From the IMG/VR virus record IMGVR_UViG_3300033062_002302: a DNA stretch of 64,000 nt, one strand, 5' to 3'. Under the pieces are notes generated by a model, which had not been told where the DNA came from, did not search any database, and saw only the letters and a list, made by a program, of their open reading frames with translations. The position numbers and the translations under genes are program-made. The DNA is from a virus. Taxonomy: Duplodnaviria; Caudoviricetes. Shown one piece after another: positions 21,408-31,044 of the stretch (position 1 is the stretch's first letter; each line of letters starts with the position of its first letter).

Positions 21408-22751
21408 ATGTATCACGCAATTTATGAAAAAATAACAAATAAAATTTTAGATGAACGCATTATTGATAGACCGATAATGAGAGCGAGAAATTATTCCGGC
21501 ATTAAAAATAAAATATTATGGAAATGTAAAAAGTATGAATATAATTGGATTTGCATTCCTGATGGCACTATTAATAATAAAATAAATTGTCCAAAATATG
21601 CCGGAAATTTAAAAATAAATAATGAAATTATAGATCAGAGATTGGAAAATAGAGCAATAAAAAGAATTGGAAACTATATAAATAGTAAATCTAAATTACA
21701 ATTTCAATGTTTATTAGAGAATTGTAATCATATTTGGTTTGCAAATGTTTTAAGTGTAACTAATACTGGAAACGGATGTCCAAAATGCGGTAGAAAAACA
21801 ACTATTGAAAAAAATAAAAGAACTCAAGAAGAAGTGGACGCCATTCTTTTTCCAAGATTAATTAAAATAATTAGTCAGTATATAAATAACTCAACATATT
21901 CAGATTTTAAATGTTTAAAAGAAAACTGCGGATATCAATGGAATGCAATTTGTAGGAACGTATTAAATGGTAATAGAGGTTGTCCCAAATGTGCAAAACG
22001 CTTGCCTATATCAATAGATGTAGTTGATAGCAAATTATTAGCGAAAAACATTAAAAGATTAACTGAATTTGAAAATACACAAAAACACATGCAAGTTCAG
22101 TGCCTGCTAGATAATTATATTTGGAGCGCAACTTATAATAAAATAATACACTCCAATTCAGGATGTCCCAAATGTTATGGAAATGTAAAGCATAATAATG
22201 ATAGCATTGATATAAAATTACAAAATGAAAATCCTTCAGTTTTAAGAAAAGGTAATTTTTTAGGCAAATATATAAAAATATTATGGGGCTGTGTTGATTG
22301 TAATTATCAATGGGAAGCGCAACCACAAGGCATTTTTGCTGGGACTGGGTGTCCGCAATGTAATGTCACAGGCAAAAATGAAAAATTAATATATGAATTA
22401 TTTAAAAATCATAATATCGATTTTAAATATCAAAAATATATAAGGGATTTTTCTAAATTAGAAAATAAAAATTATAGGGTTGATTTTTATCTTGCATCCA
22501 TAAATTTAATTATAGAATATAATGGACATCAACACTATGAACCTGTATGTTTTGGAGGAATGGATTTTTCCAAAGCTGAACAAAAATTTGTTAAACAACA
22601 GGCTAGGGATTTATACGTAAAAAATTTCTGTGTAGAAAACAGTATAAATCTAATGGAGATAGATGGTCGCATTTACAGAAATAAAAAACTAATAAAGTTT
22701 ATTAATGACGAAATCTTGCCTTTATTAAATATAAATAAGAAAGTTGACTAA
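21408..22751 (+). mobile_element. Free-standing homing endonuclease (Zn-ribbon repeats plus Vsr/DUF559-like PD-(D/E)XK domain) inserted in the glycosyltransferase gene
   Basis: Five C...W.A...GCP.C repeats (first one degenerate) and YRVDFYL...IIEYNGHQHY...RD..KN.C...I; more AT-rich than its neighbours. Confidence 0.8.
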
Positions 22752-22924
22752 TGACTAAAAAAGAATATACCCGTGAAGAACTTCAACAATACGCTAAAGA
22801 AAATTTCTGTCTTGACAAACTTGCAAAAGAATGGGAACAGATGTTTTTTGACTTAATAAAAGAAAAAGAAGAGAATCCAATAGTTCCCTATCAACCAACA
22901 AGCCCATATAGAGATGAAGAATAA
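22751..22924 (+). CDS. 57-aa separated C-terminal piece of the split glycosyltransferase (not in ORF track)
   Basis: MTKKEYTREELQQYAKENFCLDKLAKEWEQMFFDLIKEKEENPIVPYQPTSPYRDEE resembles the terminal helices of a GT4 fold; start overlaps the endonuclease stop (TAATG). Confidence 0.75.
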   Translation: MTKKEYTREELQQYAKENFCLDKLAKEWEQMFFDLIKEKEENPIVPYQPTSPYRDEE

Positions 22925-22933
22925 TATAAAATT

Positions 22934-24067
22934 ATGAAAAAGAAAATAGCAGTTATTTTAGGAAATTTTAGTATTGGGGCAAGACCGCTTGACTTCCACT
23001 TCAATAATATTTATGAATCATCTCGGGCTTTAACAGGTACAGACCTGAGCTTTGTAGAGATATCTAAAGCTCTTCATAAAAGAGGTCATGATGTTCATAT
23101 GTTTACGCTCCACGCTCAACCATATCACAAACCTACTCATTGGGAAGGCATCCCTATCTATAATTTTGACGAAAGATTTTCCGTAGTAGATGATTCTTTC
23201 GACGTTATTCTTTCTATTAATGAACCTGATGCGATCAGGGGAATGAATCAAAAGCCTTTAAAAATTTGCTGGCAGTTTTTAAATGACTTTACGTACTGTC
23301 ATCCTGGATTTGATGACTTTGTAGATAAGTGGATTGGCGTTTCAGACGTTCAAGTCAATCATCTTGTTAGTCAACCAAATGCTCCGGCAGCAGAAAAATG
23401 GTCAATTGTTCCTCTTGGTTGCAATCCAGATAACTATCGAGATGAAAGAGTTGAAGGAAGATGCGTTTGGACTTCAAGCTGGGATAGAGGATTACATTGG
23501 CTTTTATCTTGCTGGCCAACCATAAAAAAGGCAGTTCCAAGCGCAAATTTAAGAATCTTCTATCATTTTGAAAGATCTTCAGTTTTAGACATTGAGCCTA
23601 ATGATCCGAACATGCATGTTCATACTAGGGAAATGGGACAAAGATTACGATATTGTTTATATGCTATTGAAAGACTTAAGCCTTTAGGGGTTGAATGTGT
23701 AGGTTCTGTTAGCGCTAATTCTATGATTAAAGAAATGAATGAAGCTTCGGTATTGGCATTTCCAGCGGATCCAGTAGCTTTTACTGAGGGATATTCTTTA
23801 TCAATATTAAATGCTTTAGCATCTTATACCGTGCCGTGCATAACGGATGCAGATTGTTTATTTTCAATATATAAAGATAGTGGAGCTGTTATTGTTCCAA
23901 GAAACATGAATAAGCATTTGGACAAGTACGCGCAAGAAGTTATCAAATATTTAAATAATAAAAATGAGTCCGACCGAGTTATAGCAAAGTGTACAGCTTT
24001 TGCAAAGACAAAAGACTGGAAGCTGATTGCCGAGCAAATGGAGCAAGAATTTAAAAGCAAAGGTTAA
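22934..24067 (+). CDS. Glycosyltransferase family 4 (GT-B)
   Basis: GTD..LHKRGHDV, WTSSWDRGL, AFPA...TEGYSLSILNALAS; paralogous to the GT4 domain of 18159..21407. Confidence 0.85.
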   Translation: MKKKIAVILGNFSIGARPLDFHFNNIYESSRALTGTDLSFVEISKALHKRGHDVHMFTLHAQPYHKPTHWEGIPIYNFDERFSVVDDSFDVILSINEPDAIRGMNQKPLKICWQFLNDFTYCHPGFDDFVDKWIGVSDVQVNHLVSQPNAPAAEKWSIVPLGCNPDNYRDERVEGRCVWTSSWDRGLHWLLSCWPTIKKAVPSANLRIFYHFERSSVLDIEPNDPNMHVHTREMGQRLRYCLYAIERLKPLGVECVGSVSANSMIKEMNEASVLAFPADPVAFTEGYSLSILNALASYTVPCITDADCLFSIYKDSGAVIVPRNMNKHLDKYAQEVIKYLNNKNESDRVIAKCTAFAKTKDWKLIAEQMEQEFKSKG

Positions 24068-24070
24068 AAT

Positions 24071-24487
24071 ATGAAGAACGAAGATTATGTTAAAGAAGTT
24101 TTAGCCGGGCAATTTCCAGAAGACCATAAAGTTCCTTTAGACCCTCCATTTACTGATAATCGAGGTTCTATTCAAAATCTTTGGCTTGGCAATTCTGGAA
24201 GCGTAACTCTTATTAAGAGCGTTAAAGGAGCTGTTCGAGCCAAGCATGTCCATAAAAATGGAGATTGGCACGCTATTTATGTTTTATCTGGGAAAGTCCT
24301 TTATAAACAAGATGTTAATGAGCCTGAGTTAAAAGAAACAGAGTTTTTGCCCGGTCAAATGTTTTTCACTCCACCTGAAGTTTATCATGAAGTTCATATG
24401 TTAGAAGATACTGTGTTTTTAACTATTAATGGTATCTTAAAAAACAATGATAATTATGAAAATTCAATTGAAAGACCTATTAAATGA
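24071..24487 (+). CDS. Cupin-fold NDP-sugar isomerase/epimerase (FdtA/QdtA/RmlC-like)
   Basis: FTDNRGSI, GAVRAKHVH, YVLSG, PPEVYHE cupin motifs inside a sugar cluster. Confidence 0.7.
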   Translation: MKNEDYVKEVLAGQFPEDHKVPLDPPFTDNRGSIQNLWLGNSGSVTLIKSVKGAVRAKHVHKNGDWHAIYVLSGKVLYKQDVNEPELKETEFLPGQMFFTPPEVYHEVHMLEDTVFLTINGILKNNDNYENSIERPIK

Positions 24488-25731
24488 ATGATCAGTGGGC
24501 AACCATTACTAAAACTTGCTCCTTATGTCAAGGAGATTTAAAAGAAGTCATTTCATTTGGAGAAACGCCTCTCGCCAATGAATTCTTAAAACAAGAAGAT
24601 TTGAATCAAGATACATTTCCATTAAATTTGATGGAATGCCAGTCTTGCAATAATGTTCAATTGGATTGTTCTGTTGATCCTGAAAGACTATATAGAAATT
24701 ATGTCTACGTCACTGGGACAAGTAAAGTCAATCAAGAGCATTACAAGTCTTATGCTAATGATGTTGAATCTCGTTATTTAGAGGAAGGCGACTTTATTTT
24801 AGATATCGGGTCTAACGATGGTAGTTTTTTAAGTTATTTCTCTGATAATATTTTTAGATTGGGCGTTGATCCGGCATCATCTATTGCAAGTGATGCCAGC
24901 AATAACGGAATACGCACTATTCCAACGTTTTTTAATGAAGATACTGCTGAACATGAAATTTTATATGAACTACAAAAGTTTGGCTTTTCTAAAGCCAAGG
25001 TTATTACTTGCAATCATTGTTTTGCTCATACTAAAGACATTGAAACAATTTTAAATGGGGTTGTAAGTCTCTTGGATAAAGATGGAGTCTTTGTTTTCGA
25101 GAACTCTTATTTGTTAGATGTTGTAAATAAAGGGTTATTTGATCTTGTTTATTCAGAACATTATTATCATCATCATTTAATTCCACTAGTTAAGCTTCTA
25201 GATAGATTTAATTTAAGAATTTTTGATTTGAAAAGGCTTCCAGAGCAACATGGCGGGTCTATTCGCGTTTTTGTTTGCCACAAATCTGCAAAATATCCGA
25301 TGGAAGATATAGTAGAAGAAACCTTAAAAGAAGAAATGGATCTTTCTTTTAAATTACATAATACATTTAAAGACAACATATCTAAATTAAAATATAATTT
25401 AAATAAAACGGTGTTTGAAATAAAAAATGAACATAAAACAATTGGAATTTATGGTTTTCCAGCTAAAGCAACAACTATTCTTTACGGATTGGGACTTTCT
25501 AAAAGTCTTAATTTATTTGATTTCGTTGTAGACTCTAATCCTATTAAACAAGGTCTTTTTATTCCTGGAGGAGGTCATCAGGTCAAGCATCCAGATGAGG
25601 TTGTTAAACGTCAACCAGATTATCTTTTGATTCTTGCCTGGAATTTTTCGGAATCAATTGTCAAAAATTGTCAAAAAGCAGGATTTAAAGGGAAATTTAT
25701 CATTCCTCTGCCCGAGTTTAAAATTATATGA
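24484..25731 (+). CDS. NDP-hexose C-methyltransferase (Zn-binding, SAM-dependent)
   Basis: CSLC...PLANEF...CQSC..VQL, LDIGSNDG, GVDP, EH, HGGSIR, YG.PAKA, ILAWNF (TylCIII/TcaB9-like). Confidence 0.9.
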   Translation: MNDQWATITKTCSLCQGDLKEVISFGETPLANEFLKQEDLNQDTFPLNLMECQSCNNVQLDCSVDPERLYRNYVYVTGTSKVNQEHYKSYANDVESRYLEEGDFILDIGSNDGSFLSYFSDNIFRLGVDPASSIASDASNNGIRTIPTFFNEDTAEHEILYELQKFGFSKAKVITCNHCFAHTKDIETILNGVVSLLDKDGVFVFENSYLLDVVNKGLFDLVYSEHYYHHHLIPLVKLLDRFNLRIFDLKRLPEQHGGSIRVFVCHKSAKYPMEDIVEETLKEEMDLSFKLHNTFKDNISKLKYNLNKTVFEIKNEHKTIGIYGFPAKATTILYGLGLSKSLNLFDFVVDSNPIKQGLFIPGGGHQVKHPDEVVKRQPDYLLILAWNFSESIVKNCQKAGFKGKFIIPLPEFKII

Positions 25732-26681
25732 AAAAAATATTGGTAACAGGAACTTTAGGATTTATTGGAGCTAATTTTGTTCGCTATGTTAATAGTCATT
25801 ATGATAATTATTCTTTAATAGGATTAGATAAAGCGGTTTATGATTATTGTTTATTAAATACTTGCAGTAATTCCAATTATAAATTTTATTTAGCTGATAT
25901 TGCGAATGAACATATCATTGATCGAGTTTTTGCTATTGAAAAGCCAGATTTTGTTATTAACTTTGCGGCAGAATCATTTGTTTGCTCAAGCATAGAGAAT
26001 CCAAATCCATTTATTTATTCAAATGTTATGGGCACTCAGACATTAATCAACGCTTCTGTTAAATGGGGCATTGAAAAGTTTGTTCAAATCAACACTGATG
26101 AAGTCTATGGTCATCATACTTCTAAAGAGGGTATTCCTTGGACAGAATTGACTCCTCCGAGCCCAAGAAACCCATATGCCGCCTCTAAGTTTGCAGCGGA
26201 GTCTATCCTTCATGCTGCCTATCAGACGCATAAACTCAATTATAACATTAGTCGTTGTTGCAATGTCTTTGGACCAAGGCAGCCAACCAATCGTAACTTA
26301 ATTCCAAAGTCTATTAAAAATATCTTTAATCATGAGTCTATGCCTATTTATGGGGACGGCTCTAATTTACGAGAGTACATCTACGTTGATGACAAGATAA
26401 AAGCTATTATGACTATTTTAGAAAAAGGTCAAAATAATGAAATTTATAATATTGGAACGGGAGAAGAGTTTTCCAATAAAGAAATCGTTTATAAAATAGG
26501 CGAAATTCTTAATATTGCTCCAAAGATTGATTTTGTTGATAAGCGTAAGGGAGATGATTGGCGTTATGCTGTTGACTGCTCTAAATTAATGAAATTAGGG
26601 TGGAAACCTCAATATAATTTTAATAATAAACTAGAAGAAACCATTAAATGGTACATCGATAATAAAGACGTTTGGTTTTAA
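25728..26681 (+). CDS. rfbB: dTDP-glucose 4,6-dehydratase
   Basis: GTLGFIG, NFAAES.V, TDEVYG, PYAASK, GDG.N.RE. Confidence 0.85.
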   Translation: MKKILVTGTLGFIGANFVRYVNSHYDNYSLIGLDKAVYDYCLLNTCSNSNYKFYLADIANEHIIDRVFAIEKPDFVINFAAESFVCSSIENPNPFIYSNVMGTQTLINASVKWGIEKFVQINTDEVYGHHTSKEGIPWTELTPPSPRNPYAASKFAAESILHAAYQTHKLNYNISRCCNVFGPRQPTNRNLIPKSIKNIFNHESMPIYGDGSNLREYIYVDDKIKAIMTILEKGQNNEIYNIGTGEEFSNKEIVYKIGEILNIAPKIDFVDKRKGDDWRYAVDCSKLMKLGWKPQYNFNNKLEETIKWYIDNKDVWF

Positions 26682-27503
26682 ATGAAATTGTTATTAATTG
26701 GGAACGGCGCCTGGGGGCAAAATTACGTAAAAGAAATAAAAGCTAATTTTAAAGACGTTAATTTAACTATTGCGACCCGTGAAAACTGGAAGGATTTAAT
26801 AGATCAAGAGCCTGATGGCGTTATTATTGCGACGCCACCAGATTCACATCTAGAAATAGCATTGTATGTTCTTGAAAAAAACATTCCGGTTCTTTTGGAA
26901 AAGCCAGCCGTTCTTTCATCTTTTGAAATAGAAAAATTAAGACCGTATCAAGAAAATTTAGTTGTAAATTATATTCATTTACACAATGACAAATATAAAA
27001 ACATCAAATCATTAATTTACAATGAAAATATTACCCATATAACAACTAATGGTCAAGGACCTTGTAATAGAGTAAATTACTCTGGATTATGGGATTATGG
27101 TCCCCATGATTTATCTATGATTTTAGATTTATCAAATAAAATTCCTTATCAAGTAGAATGTCGTAAATTAAAAGACCATAGCAGTTATGATTTATTTATA
27201 ATAAATCTAACATTTGATACTTTTAAATCAACAAGCATGGTTGGTTTTAATGTTTCAAAATCTAGAAATATTGACATAGAGACAGATAACATGTCCGTTT
27301 ATTATTCTGATGTTGGAGTTGATCATAAAATGACGCCTCTCAATAACGCTATTTATTATTTTATGTCTTTTATTGATCATTATTATTGTGATTATGAAAA
27401 ATTAAATTTATTATACGGTTTTGAATTATCTGTTAATGTGACTAAAATATTAGAAGCGTGTGAAGAGTCATTAGCCAAACAATCTATTATTAATATCAGA
27501 TAA
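26682..27503 (+). CDS. Gfo/Idh/MocA-family oxidoreductase (putative sugar ketoreductase)
   Basis: IGNGAWG, IATPPDSH, LLEKP, WDYGPHD. Confidence 0.8.
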   Translation: MKLLLIGNGAWGQNYVKEIKANFKDVNLTIATRENWKDLIDQEPDGVIIATPPDSHLEIALYVLEKNIPVLLEKPAVLSSFEIEKLRPYQENLVVNYIHLHNDKYKNIKSLIYNENITHITTNGQGPCNRVNYSGLWDYGPHDLSMILDLSNKIPYQVECRKLKDHSSYDLFIINLTFDTFKSTSMVGFNVSKSRNIDIETDNMSVYYSDVGVDHKMTPLNNAIYYFMSFIDHYYCDYEKLNLLYGFELSVNVTKILEACEESLAKQSIINIR

Positions 27504-27509
27504 TTTTAA

Positions 27510-28370
27510 ATGAGAGCGTTGGTTTTAAGCGGTGGAGGTTCAAAATCAGCATGGCAAGCGGGAGCGCTGAAATACCTTCTTGGAGAGCTTGAAATCTCAT
27601 ACTCCATCTTGTGCGGAGTTTCGGCAGGAGCTTTAAATTGCGCCTTCTTATCTATGTTTAAAGACGGCGAAGAAGTTGAGTGTGCTGAAAAGCTTTGCGA
27701 TCTTTGGCTAAATATTGAGACTTCTTCTATTTATAAGAGATGGTTTCCATTTGGATTTCTTCATGCTCTTTGGCAAAAGAGCTTTTATGACAATTCTCCG
27801 ATGCATTCTTTAATTCGAGATGGCGTTTCTCTTCCTAAAATTAGAGAGTCTGGGAAGATCGTAACAGTTGGCGCCGTTTCTTTGACTAGCGGCAAATATA
27901 CGACGTTTGATCATACCTCGGATTACTTTGTTGATGCGGTTATAGCTAGCGCCTCTTTTCCAGGGATGTTTAAGCCTATTGAATTCTTAGGTCAGCTTTG
28001 GAATGATGGGGGAACCAAGCAATTTTCTCCAATTCAGAATGCAATTGATATGGGCGCGACTGAAATTGATATTATTATGACCTCTCCTGAAACTAGAATA
28101 AATCATTTTATGAACAACCCTTCAGTTGCCGATATTTTAAATCGTTCTTTCGATCTTTCGACTGACAAGATAATGTCTAATGATATCGAGAAGTTGGTTA
28201 TGTACAATAAGTTAGCAAAAGCGGGCTTAACTGATAAAAAGATGATAAAATATCGAATAATTAGACCAAAGCATAATTTAATTGAAGATTTATTGGATTT
28301 TTCACCTAATAAAATTAAAGAAATGATGGAAAAAGGTTATAATGAGGCGGTCTTAAATTACGAGATCTAA
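27510..28370 (+). CDS. Patatin-like phospholipase
   Basis: LSGGGSK, GVSAG nucleophile elbow, ASASFPG.F.P, DGG. Confidence 0.9.
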   Translation: MRALVLSGGGSKSAWQAGALKYLLGELEISYSILCGVSAGALNCAFLSMFKDGEEVECAEKLCDLWLNIETSSIYKRWFPFGFLHALWQKSFYDNSPMHSLIRDGVSLPKIRESGKIVTVGAVSLTSGKYTTFDHTSDYFVDAVIASASFPGMFKPIEFLGQLWNDGGTKQFSPIQNAIDMGATEIDIIMTSPETRINHFMNNPSVADILNRSFDLSTDKIMSNDIEKLVMYNKLAKAGLTDKKMIKYRIIRPKHNLIEDLLDFSPNKIKEMMEKGYNEAVLNYEI

Positions 28371-28390
28371 TAATTATTTGCTATGTCTTT

Positions 28391-28753
28391 ATGACTATCC
28401 CCATTAATGTAACGACTAAAGTTTTACCGAATACGAAGGGTCGTGATTTTAATTTTTATCAGAAAAAAGCAGTAACTAATACTACTTTTGGGACTTCTGC
28501 TGACGGTTATGCCGCAGACATGGTCATTACATTTTCTACTCAGTCTGTTATGTTTTTAAATGAGGGAACGACCAGCACCCAGGTTGTCGAATACTCTTTT
28601 AATGGAAATACGGTTCATGGAGAGCTTGACCCAAGTCTTCCTAGCAGGACATTCATGTTTGAAAATCGTGTTATTGGAGCTATCTGGTTTAGATTAAAAG
28701 CTGGAAGCTCAGGACCTGTTAATGTTAGGGTTGATGCCTGGAGTATTCGTTAA
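28391..28753 (+). CDS. Small beta-rich putative virion protein
   Basis: 120 aa, VEYSFNG..HGEL, ends VRVDAW; carries DGY. Confidence 0.6.
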   Translation: MTIPINVTTKVLPNTKGRDFNFYQKKAVTNTTFGTSADGYAADMVITFSTQSVMFLNEGTTSTQVVEYSFNGNTVHGELDPSLPSRTFMFENRVIGAIWFRLKAGSSGPVNVRVDAWSIR

Positions 28754-28796
28754 TAATCTAAGTCAGATACAATTATTCTGATATAGAATATGATAT

Positions 28797-29105
28797 ATGA
28801 AGTCGTTGATTTTAGATAAATGTGAAATAGAGGGCTGCGAAGTTACAGAGTGCCTACATAAGCATCACATTATTGAAAGAACTGAAATTAACACAAACAA
28901 TCATCCTTTAAATTTATGTATTCTTTGTCCAAATCATCATTCTTTTGTTCATGCCGGATTGTTAAAAATAATTGGCGTATTTCCTTCTACTAAGCCACCA
29001 AATGGAAGAACTGTGGTTTATGAATTGAATGGTAAAAGAAATATTGATATAGACGTACCATATATAGTATTTAAAAATAAATCATATAAAATATCTGGAG
29101 AATAA
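28797..29105 (+). CDS. Small HNH endonuclease
   Basis: CEIEGC...HKHHI...N...NLCILCPNHH..VH. Confidence 0.75.
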   Translation: MKSLILDKCEIEGCEVTECLHKHHIIERTEINTNNHPLNLCILCPNHHSFVHAGLLKIIGVFPSTKPPNGRTVVYELNGKRNIDIDVPYIVFKNKSYKISGE

Positions 29106-29402
29106 ATGGGACTTATTGATATTCATAACAAAATTGTTGACCCGGTTCCTGAAAAAAAGATTATGCCGGAACAAACCTATCGATTTAGATTGATGGAAGA
29201 GGCTAAATATAAAGGCTGCGCCAAAGAGCTTCAAATTATCTTTGATAAATATGATCGGTTGTTAAGAAATTGCACCAATCAAACGGAAGCCCAGCATATT
29301 GGAATGCTTGGAGTTCTAGAGGTTAGTAATCTTTTAGATAATGGTTATGTTGGTAAAGGTGGTTCATTAACTGTTAATGGGCAGATTATTAAGGCTGAAT
29401 AA
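29106..29402 (+). CDS. Hypothetical protein
   Basis: 98-aa ORF with GGAG SD, coupled to neighbours. Confidence 0.65.
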   Translation: MGLIDIHNKIVDPVPEKKIMPEQTYRFRLMEEAKYKGCAKELQIIFDKYDRLLRNCTNQTEAQHIGMLGVLEVSNLLDNGYVGKGGSLTVNGQIIKAE

Positions 29403-29620
29403 TGGAAGTTGTTTATTGCGGAGAAGTTTGTTGGTTTGCTAAAGCTTATGGATTTATCTCTTGGAGTATAGATGGTGTACCCCAAAAAGATTTATTCATT
29501 CACTTCTCTGATATTGAATCAGATGGCTTTAAAACTCTTGTTAAAGGACAAAAAGTTTCATTTAAACTAGGTTTAAATAAACACGGAGATCCTAAAGCTG
29601 TTAATTTAATAGTTATTTAA
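29402..29620 (+). CDS. Cold-shock domain protein
   Basis: GEVCWF..YGFI, DLFIHFSDI..DGFKTL..GQKVSF, P.AVN. Confidence 0.9.
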   Translation: MEVVYCGEVCWFAKAYGFISWSIDGVPQKDLFIHFSDIESDGFKTLVKGQKVSFKLGLNKHGDPKAVNLIVI

Positions 29621-30077
29621 CAAATGCTTTAATGGCTGCGCCAATTAAAGTAACACCAAAAGCGCTTAATATAATTATGAGACGGAAAAGCGATTTATCA
29701 ATGCTTTCCGTCTTTTTTTCTTCTTTTTTAATAATAGAATTAGTATCGATACCAGTCTCTTTAACCATAGTTAATGTCACGGCTAATGATTTGTTATACT
29801 CTTCTAATAATTCATTGTATTGCTTGAGCAATCGGTTAGATTCCGTAATGACTCGATTACAATCTTCTTGAAATTTAATCAGATTAGAAATTTTTTGTTC
29901 AATTTCGTTAGCAGATTCTTTGAATTCTTCGAGATTTTCAATGATTTCTTCATTTTGTTTTTCAACTTCAATGTTTATTTCAATTGATTTCTTATTAACA
30001 TCGAGAATGTATTTTAATTCAGAAGAAGTAAGCGCCTCTTCATCATTAAATCTTAGAGGTTTTTTATCTCCGACCAT
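29613..30077 (-). CDS. Coiled-coil protein with C-terminal transmembrane anchor
   Basis: E/K/N-rich heptad region; ends LFRLIIILSAFGVTLIGAAIKAFVK. Confidence 0.7.
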   Translation of the reverse strand: MVGDKKPLRFNDEEALTSSELKYILDVNKKSIEINIEVEKQNEEIIENLEEFKESANEIEQKISNLIKFQEDCNRVITESNRLLKQYNELLEEYNKSLAVTLTMVKETGIDTNSIIKKEEKKTESIDKSLFRLIIILSAFGVTLIGAAIKAFVK

Positions 30078-30091
30078 GTTACACTCTCTAT

Positions 30092-30244
30092 TTAAGTTTG
30101 TATTTTCTTATTCTTTTTAGCTCTTGACTTTTTCTTGGTAATTTTATCTAAAACAGAATCTACTTTATCGTTTAATTCACGATAGTCTTTTATTATATTA
30201 TCTTCTTTGCCATCATCAAGGGCTAGTTCTGTTTTGGCTCCCAT
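30092..30244 (-). CDS. 50-aa hypothetical protein with basic tail (not in ORF track)
   Basis: MGAKTELALDDGKEDNIIKDYRELNDKVDSVLDKITKKKSRAKKNKKIQT; start overlaps the upstream stop (TAATG) and fills the gap in the operon. Confidence 0.6.
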   Translation of the reverse strand: MGAKTELALDDGKEDNIIKDYRELNDKVDSVLDKITKKKSRAKKNKKIQT

Positions 30245-30615
30245 TATTTTTCTCCAATAGAGTCATCATCTGAGCCTTCAGATGCAAAATACTGCTCATC
30301 TGTAAACTCTAGCTCTTCAAATCTCTCTTCTTTAATTTCAAAAATAGACTTTGATCGAGAGGAAACGACTGCATTCATATCTATAGCCATAGGGTCCTTT
30401 TTAAAGGTTGGCGGGACTACTCTTTTAAAGATCTTATCTCTTTTTTTATAAATAGAGCCTGAAGTTAAAGATTTTTGAAGCTGATCCATCGTTAGATGAT
30501 AATGCTTTTTATCTAATAAATTTACAGAACTCCCTGCTTTTATGCTAAGATTAAGATCAGATAAGGTTACATTCCTATTTGAAATATTTACTATCCAAAA
30601 CTCTTGATCTTTCAT
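30244..30615 (-). CDS. Hypothetical protein resembling the N-terminal domain of 8992..9600
   Basis: FWIVNIS...I.....NLL...KSLTSGSI.KK versus FVVRNTT...I.....DLL...[10 protein letters not shown]. Confidence 0.65.
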   Translation of the reverse strand: MKDQEFWIVNISNRNVTLSDLNLSIKAGSSVNLLDKKHYHLTMDQLQKSLTSGSIYKKRDKIFKRVVPPTFKKDPMAIDMNAVVSSRSKSIFEIKEERFEELEFTDEQYFASEGSDDDSIGEK

Positions 30616-30688
30616 TGTATTCTCTGTAATTTGATATCTAAATATTACTAATCTAGCATTTAATTACAATTACTCTCTAGGATAAATA

Positions 30689-31024
30689 ATGAATATTTTA
30701 TACCATAGTCCAGGACAATTAGTCACTGTTCTGCTCGAAACTCTAAATCCTGATGGGTATCGAGCTGATGGTTACGCCGTTCCATCGGTCAATCGCATTA
30801 TTTTTCCATCTCTTGCTAACGCTTCTAGCTATCCTCAGAACATGGTTAAAATAGGCGAAGGGTTATATCGTCATTCTTTTACTTTACCGACCGGCGCATC
30901 AGCGGTCGGAAGCTATGTTGTTGATATTAAATATCAATTGCCTGACGATCCTACAATTAAGAGTTCTTTCGTTCAGGTCGTAGTCACGGCACCAGCAGGC
31001 AATTATTCAATTAGCTCTGGATAA
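30689..31024 (+). CDS. Small Ig-like virion protein
   Basis: G.G.Y...FT.P....G.Y beta-sandwich pattern, similar to the N-terminus of the next gene; two DGY. Confidence 0.6.
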   Translation: MNILYHSPGQLVTVLLETLNPDGYRADGYAVPSVNRIIFPSLANASSYPQNMVKIGEGLYRHSFTLPTGASAVGSYVVDIKYQLPDDPTIKSSFVQVVVTAPAGNYSISSG

Positions 31025-31044
31025 GCAATTTTAAGGAGATCAAA

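Noticed and set aside
21408-22751. Group I intron or intein around the endonuclease
   Set aside because: The ORF abuts both gene pieces with no spare sequence, a stop precedes it, and no intein terminal motifs are visible
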